Positions 46,747 to 49,852 of a DNA stretch of 49,852 nucleotides are shown here, piece by piece; position 1 is the stretch's first letter; every line of letters starts with the position of its first letter. Location: the NCBI GenBank assembly GCA_964438725.1, contig CAYTLG010000001.1, positions 1 to 49,852 of the forward strand, read 5' to 3'. Origin of the DNA: an uncultured Ruminococcus sp. (GTDB lineage: Bacteria > Bacillota > Clostridia > Oscillospirales > CAG-272). The position numbers and the translations under genes are program-made. Under the pieces are notes generated by a model that saw nothing but the letters and a program-made list of their open reading frames with translations, did no database searches and was not told where the DNA came from.

Positions 46747-46762
46747 TGTTTCACGTGAAACA
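46747..46762. other. parS: parS centromere-like site (perfect 16-bp palindrome)
   Basis: TGTTTCACGTGAAACA matches the Firmicute parS consensus TGTTNCACGTGAAACA at 16/16. It lies in the 5' UTR of the oxidoreductase gene, 2.1 kb from a ParB-family gene. Confidence 0.85.
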
Positions 46763-46801
46763 TTTTATGAAATATTTTTTATAAAAAAGGAGAATACCAC
46801 T

Positions 46802-47857
46802 ATGATTAAAGTTGGTGTTATCGGATGCGGTTGTATCGCAAACTCCGCACACATTCCGTCCTACATGAATTGCCCTGATGCAGAAATCAAATACTTCTGC
46901 GACATCATCCCCGAAAGAGCTAAGGCCGCTGTTGAGCAGTACGGCTGCGGTGTCGCTGTTGAAGACTATCACGAAGTTCTCAACGACCCCGAAGTTACAG
47001 CAGTTTCTATCTGTACTCCTAACCGTATGCACCCCGTTATCGCTATCGACGCTCTTAAAGCAGGCAAGCACGTTCTCTGCGAAAAGCCCGCTGCAAGAAC
47101 CTATGCCGAAGCTCTCACAATGCAGGAAGCTCAGCACGAAACAGGTCTTACCCTTAACATCGGCGTTGTAAACCGTTTCAACACTGCTGTTAATGAAATC
47201 AAGAAGCTCATCGACGCAGGCGAACTCGGCGAAGTTTACCACGTTTATGTTTCCTTCCGTGCTCATCGTTCCATCCCCGGTCTCGGCGGTGCATTCACTA
47301 CCAAGGCTATCGCAGGCGGCGGTGCTCTTATTGACTGGGGTGTTCACTACCTCGATATCGTTATGTACTGCATGGGCGACCCTGCTCCGCTTACTGTTTC
47401 CGGTAAGGCATTCTCCAAGCTCGGCGTTGACATGAAGAACTACGTTTACGAAGGTATGTGGTCTGAAAATACCAAGGACCTCAACGGTACATACGACGTT
47501 GACGACTCCGTTACAGCTTTCGTTCGTACAGAAGGTCCCACAATCACCCTCAACGGTGCATGGGCTCAGAACATCGGACCTGCTGACCAGTATATCGACT
47601 TCCTCGGCACAAAGGCAGGTATCAGACTCCAGTACGGCGGAGACTTCGTTGTTTACGGTACAAAGGACGGCAAGCTCCACCAGTACACACCCGAATACGA
47701 AAGCACTCCTATGTTCCAGAACGAGATCAACGCTTTCGTTCGCTGCGTACAGACAGGCGAAAAGCTCCCCAGCCACATCGACAGAAACATCCTCACATCC
47801 AAGCTCATGCAGGGTATCTACGACTCCAGCGACAAGGGCGAAGAAGTTAAATTTTAA
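46802..47857 (+). CDS. Gfo/Idh/MocA family NAD(P)-dependent oxidoreductase
   Basis: The start is set at ATG 46802 (MIKVGVIGCGCIANSAH Rossmann start) after AAAGGAGAA. The EKP motif is present (LCEKPAA). The tracked upstream extension runs through the promoter and parS. Confidence 0.88.
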   Translation: MIKVGVIGCGCIANSAHIPSYMNCPDAEIKYFCDIIPERAKAAVEQYGCGVAVEDYHEVLNDPEVTAVSICTPNRMHPVIAIDALKAGKHVLCEKPAARTYAEALTMQEAQHETGLTLNIGVVNRFNTAVNEIKKLIDAGELGEVYHVYVSFRAHRSIPGLGGAFTTKAIAGGGALIDWGVHYLDIVMYCMGDPAPLTVSGKAFSKLGVDMKNYVYEGMWSENTKDLNGTYDVDDSVTAFVRTEGPTITLNGAWAQNIGPADQYIDFLGTKAGIRLQYGGDFVVYGTKDGKLHQYTPEYESTPMFQNEINAFVRCVQTGEKLPSHIDRNILTSKLMQGIYDSSDKGEEVKF

Positions 47858-47876
47858 CAAAAAATAAGGTAATATT

Positions 47877-48728
47877 ATGCAGCACACAGTCAGAACGAAC
47901 ATTTATGACGTGAACGTGGTTTTCCAGAAAAAGGAACTTACGCTCGGCGGATACACATTAAAATACCGTCTTTACATCCCGAAAAATTATGACTGCGGTG
48001 AGAAATATCCGCTTCTCGTATTCCTTCACGGTGCGGGTGAAAGAGGAAACGACAACGAACTTCAGATGAAGAACTGTCTCCAGGTTATGTTCAACGACAT
48101 CACCTCTCCCGTGTACGATAGCGTTATAATCGTTCCGCAGTGTCCCGAAAACGCTCAGTGGGTCAATACTCCGTGGGCTGACGGCTCATATTCGACTCGA
48201 AACGTCAGAGAGTCACCTCCTCTTGAAATGGTATGCCATATCATTGACGAGGTTCGTGATTTCTGCAACATCGATGACGACAGAGTTTACGTCTCCGGTA
48301 TCTCGATGGGTGGATTCGGAACATGGGATATGCTTGCACGACATGGTTCAAGATTTGCGGCAGGAATACCCATTTGCGGTGGCGGTGATCCCTCTTATGC
48401 AAGAATGCTGAAGAGAATCCCGATACGCACATTCCACGGTTCAAGCGATGATGCGGTTCCCGTAAATGGCACGAGAGAGATGTATGCTGCAATCAAGCGT
48501 GAGGGCGGCGAAGAGATAAGCTACACAGAATTTGAGGGCTGCGGTCACAACATCTGGGACATGGTTTTCTCCGACCCGAACAACATTCGCTGGCTTTACG
48601 AGCAGTCAAGACGTGAAAGACGACTTGCTGCGGAGAGACGTGCGAAGCTGAAAAAGGCAGCTGCGGCAGGTGGCGTGAGTGCCGCTGTTGCAACCGCGGT
48701 TATACTTCTCACAAGAAAGAAAAAGTAA
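47877..48728 (+). CDS. alpha/beta hydrolase (esterase / prolyl-oligopeptidase-like) with C-terminal TM tail
   Basis: 283 aa. PLLVFLHGAGERGNDN, nucleophile elbow GISMGGFGTW, HGSSDDAVP and GCGHNIW. The C-terminal GGVSAAVATAVILLTRKKK is a tail anchor. Confidence 0.8.
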   Translation: MQHTVRTNIYDVNVVFQKKELTLGGYTLKYRLYIPKNYDCGEKYPLLVFLHGAGERGNDNELQMKNCLQVMFNDITSPVYDSVIIVPQCPENAQWVNTPWADGSYSTRNVRESPPLEMVCHIIDEVRDFCNIDDDRVYVSGISMGGFGTWDMLARHGSRFAAGIPICGGGDPSYARMLKRIPIRTFHGSSDDAVPVNGTREMYAAIKREGGEEISYTEFEGCGHNIWDMVFSDPNNIRWLYEQSRRERRLAAERRAKLKKAAAAGGVSAAVATAVILLTRKKK

Positions 48729-48744
48729 ATTTTACCAATAGAAA

Positions 48745-48789
48745 AGAGCTGTACTCTGATTATTCATCAGGTGTACGGCTCTTTTTTTG
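48745..48789 (+). terminator. intrinsic terminator
   Basis: AGAGCTGTAC (48745-48754) pairs with GTACGGCTCT (48773-48782), including one G-U pair, followed by TTTTTTT. Confidence 0.8.
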
Positions 48790-48894
48790 TGCAAAATCCG
48801 GCTTATAAGGCGATTTTTAAGGCATTTGTATAATTATTCGGTCTGTGTATTTTTATTCATTCGCACTGAACAGGTGTTTGTATAAATATTCTTA

Positions 48895-49731
48895 TTATGC
48901 AATGTCCCTATTTTTGGTAAGCAATATCTCAATCAGCACGCCTCGCTCCACCTCCTTGCGTGATGACTCAACGGGTATGCCCGAGCGTTTGATTATCTCA
49001 ACAGCCTGGTCGATGGAGTTATAAAAAAGGCGGAGGTCACGGACAACGAGCTTACGTTTCTGCTCTTTTTTCTCCTCTTTTTCGGTCGCTCTTGACGCTG
49101 CACAAAGCAATTCTTCGATATATTCTTCGGTTTTTCCAACGTTCATTTCACGCTTGATTATTTTCTCAAGAGCGTCGTCACGGTCCTTTTCGTTAGGCAA
49201 CCTGAGCAAAGCACGTGCGTGTCGTTCGGTAAGTGAATTTTCGATGATGAGGTTTTTCTGCGAATCAGAGAGCTTCAAAAGACGTAGTTTATTTGCGACG
49301 TAGGACTGGCTGACCGACAATTTTTTGGCACAACTTTCCTGCGTCATGCCCGTAATAGAGATAAGTGAATGTATTGCGTTTGCTTCTTCAAACATGGTGA
49401 GATCCTGACGGTGGAGGTTTTCTATGATAGCGATAACTGCGGCATCAATTTCGCCGACTTCGACAGCGACAACGGGGACGGTTTCAAGTCCCGCAAGCTG
49501 AGCAGCCCTGAGCCGTCTTTCGCCTGCAACGAGGGTATAAGGTAGGTCTGCACCGGTGGGTCGTCTGACGAGGATAGGTTCAAGCACGCCATGCTCAGCG
49601 ATACTTTCGGCGAGCTGTGCCACTGACGAATCCTGCCTGACGTGCCTGACACGATTTTCGGGAACGATGATATTTTTCGGCGGAATCTCGTGGACGATTT
49701 TACTGATTTCCTTAATTTTTCCCCAAAACAT
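48895..49731 (-). CDS. noc: ParB-family protein, Noc-like paralogue
   Basis: 278 aa. ParB box GERRLRAA. The HTH region SQSYVANKLRLLKL and LTERHARALL matches B. subtilis Noc (QSTIANKLRLLKL, ITERHARALI) rather than Spo0J (RPHIANHLRLLTL, LSMGHGRTLL). The N-terminus MFWGKIKEISKI is potentially amphipathic. The Noc-like C-terminus is RDLRLFYNSIDQAVEIIKRSGI. Confidence 0.8.
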   Translation of the reverse strand: MFWGKIKEISKIVHEIPPKNIIVPENRVRHVRQDSSVAQLAESIAEHGVLEPILVRRPTGADLPYTLVAGERRLRAAQLAGLETVPVVAVEVGEIDAAVIAIIENLHRQDLTMFEEANAIHSLISITGMTQESCAKKLSVSQSYVANKLRLLKLSDSQKNLIIENSLTERHARALLRLPNEKDRDDALEKIIKREMNVGKTEEYIEELLCAASRATEKEEKKEQKRKLVVRDLRLFYNSIDQAVEIIKRSGIPVESSRKEVERGVLIEILLTKNRDIA

Positions 49732-49783
49732 AGAAATTTTGAACCTCCGTTATTTATAAGATTTTCAATTTTTTGTTTATAGC

Positions 49784-49852
49784 GATTTGGTTTTGCATAA
49801 GTCCATTCAACTTCAGGTGAATCCCAAGCCCAACGGATTATCCATATTATAC
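49784..49852 (+). repeat. intergenic repeat family, copy I (runs into window edge)
   Basis: GATTTGGTTTTGCATAAGTCCATTCAACTTCAGGTGAATCCCAAGCCCAACGGATTATCC... The core matches 14/15 at 49807-49821 (G to A). Confidence 0.8.

Noticed and set aside
46751-47902. 383-aa ORF on the minus strand, antisense to the whole Gfo/Idh/MocA gene
   Set aside because: It is a mirror-frame shadow of a strongly codon-biased gene. The product is low-complexity and V/C/N/F-rich with no recognisable motif. It has no RBS, and its end overlaps the next gene's start. The plus-strand gene has clear Rossmann and EKP motifs.
27399-49852. Reading the repeat family as a CRISPR array
   Set aside because: Copies are 2-6 kb apart, separated by complete housekeeping genes. 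They vary in length and diverge outside the core. No cas genes are present.
1-49852. Search for mobile elements, prophage, toxin-antitoxin or known defence genes
   Set aside because: No integrase, transposase, recombinase, phage structural, restriction-modification, Cas, or nuclease/helicase-type defence signatures were recognisable in any ORF of 60 aa or more.

Overview
This looks like an origin-proximal chromosomal segment of a spore-forming Firmicute. Gene content and codon usage fit Clostridia, perhaps Oscillospiraceae/Ruminococcaceae, but I cannot verify that here. I call 34 CDS, mostly on the minus strand. Housekeeping genes include valS with a Val T-box leader, murJ, iorAB, ddl, cimA, prmC, holA, a ROK glucokinase, spoIIE and a Noc-like ParB paralogue. 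A 12.6-kb, seven-gene minus-strand operon (12744-25304) encodes a 1056-aa solute-binding protein with two CBM-like modules, four ABC permeases, an NHL-propeller/Yip1 membrane fusion and a 1081-aa secreted protein. It has no ATPase and no regulator, and its function is unknown. A perfect 16-bp parS sits at 46747-46762, and five DnaA-box-like 9-mers cluster at 928-1038. The most unusual signal is a non-coding repeat family with nine copies between 25.98 and 49.85 kb. Every copy is intergenic and in the same orientation whatever the flanking gene strands. The 15-mer TCAGCTTCAGGTGAA is identical in six copies, and the repeat ends overlap gene stop codons and 5' leaders. I found no rRNA, tRNA, CRISPR array, transposase, prophage or recognisable defence genes.
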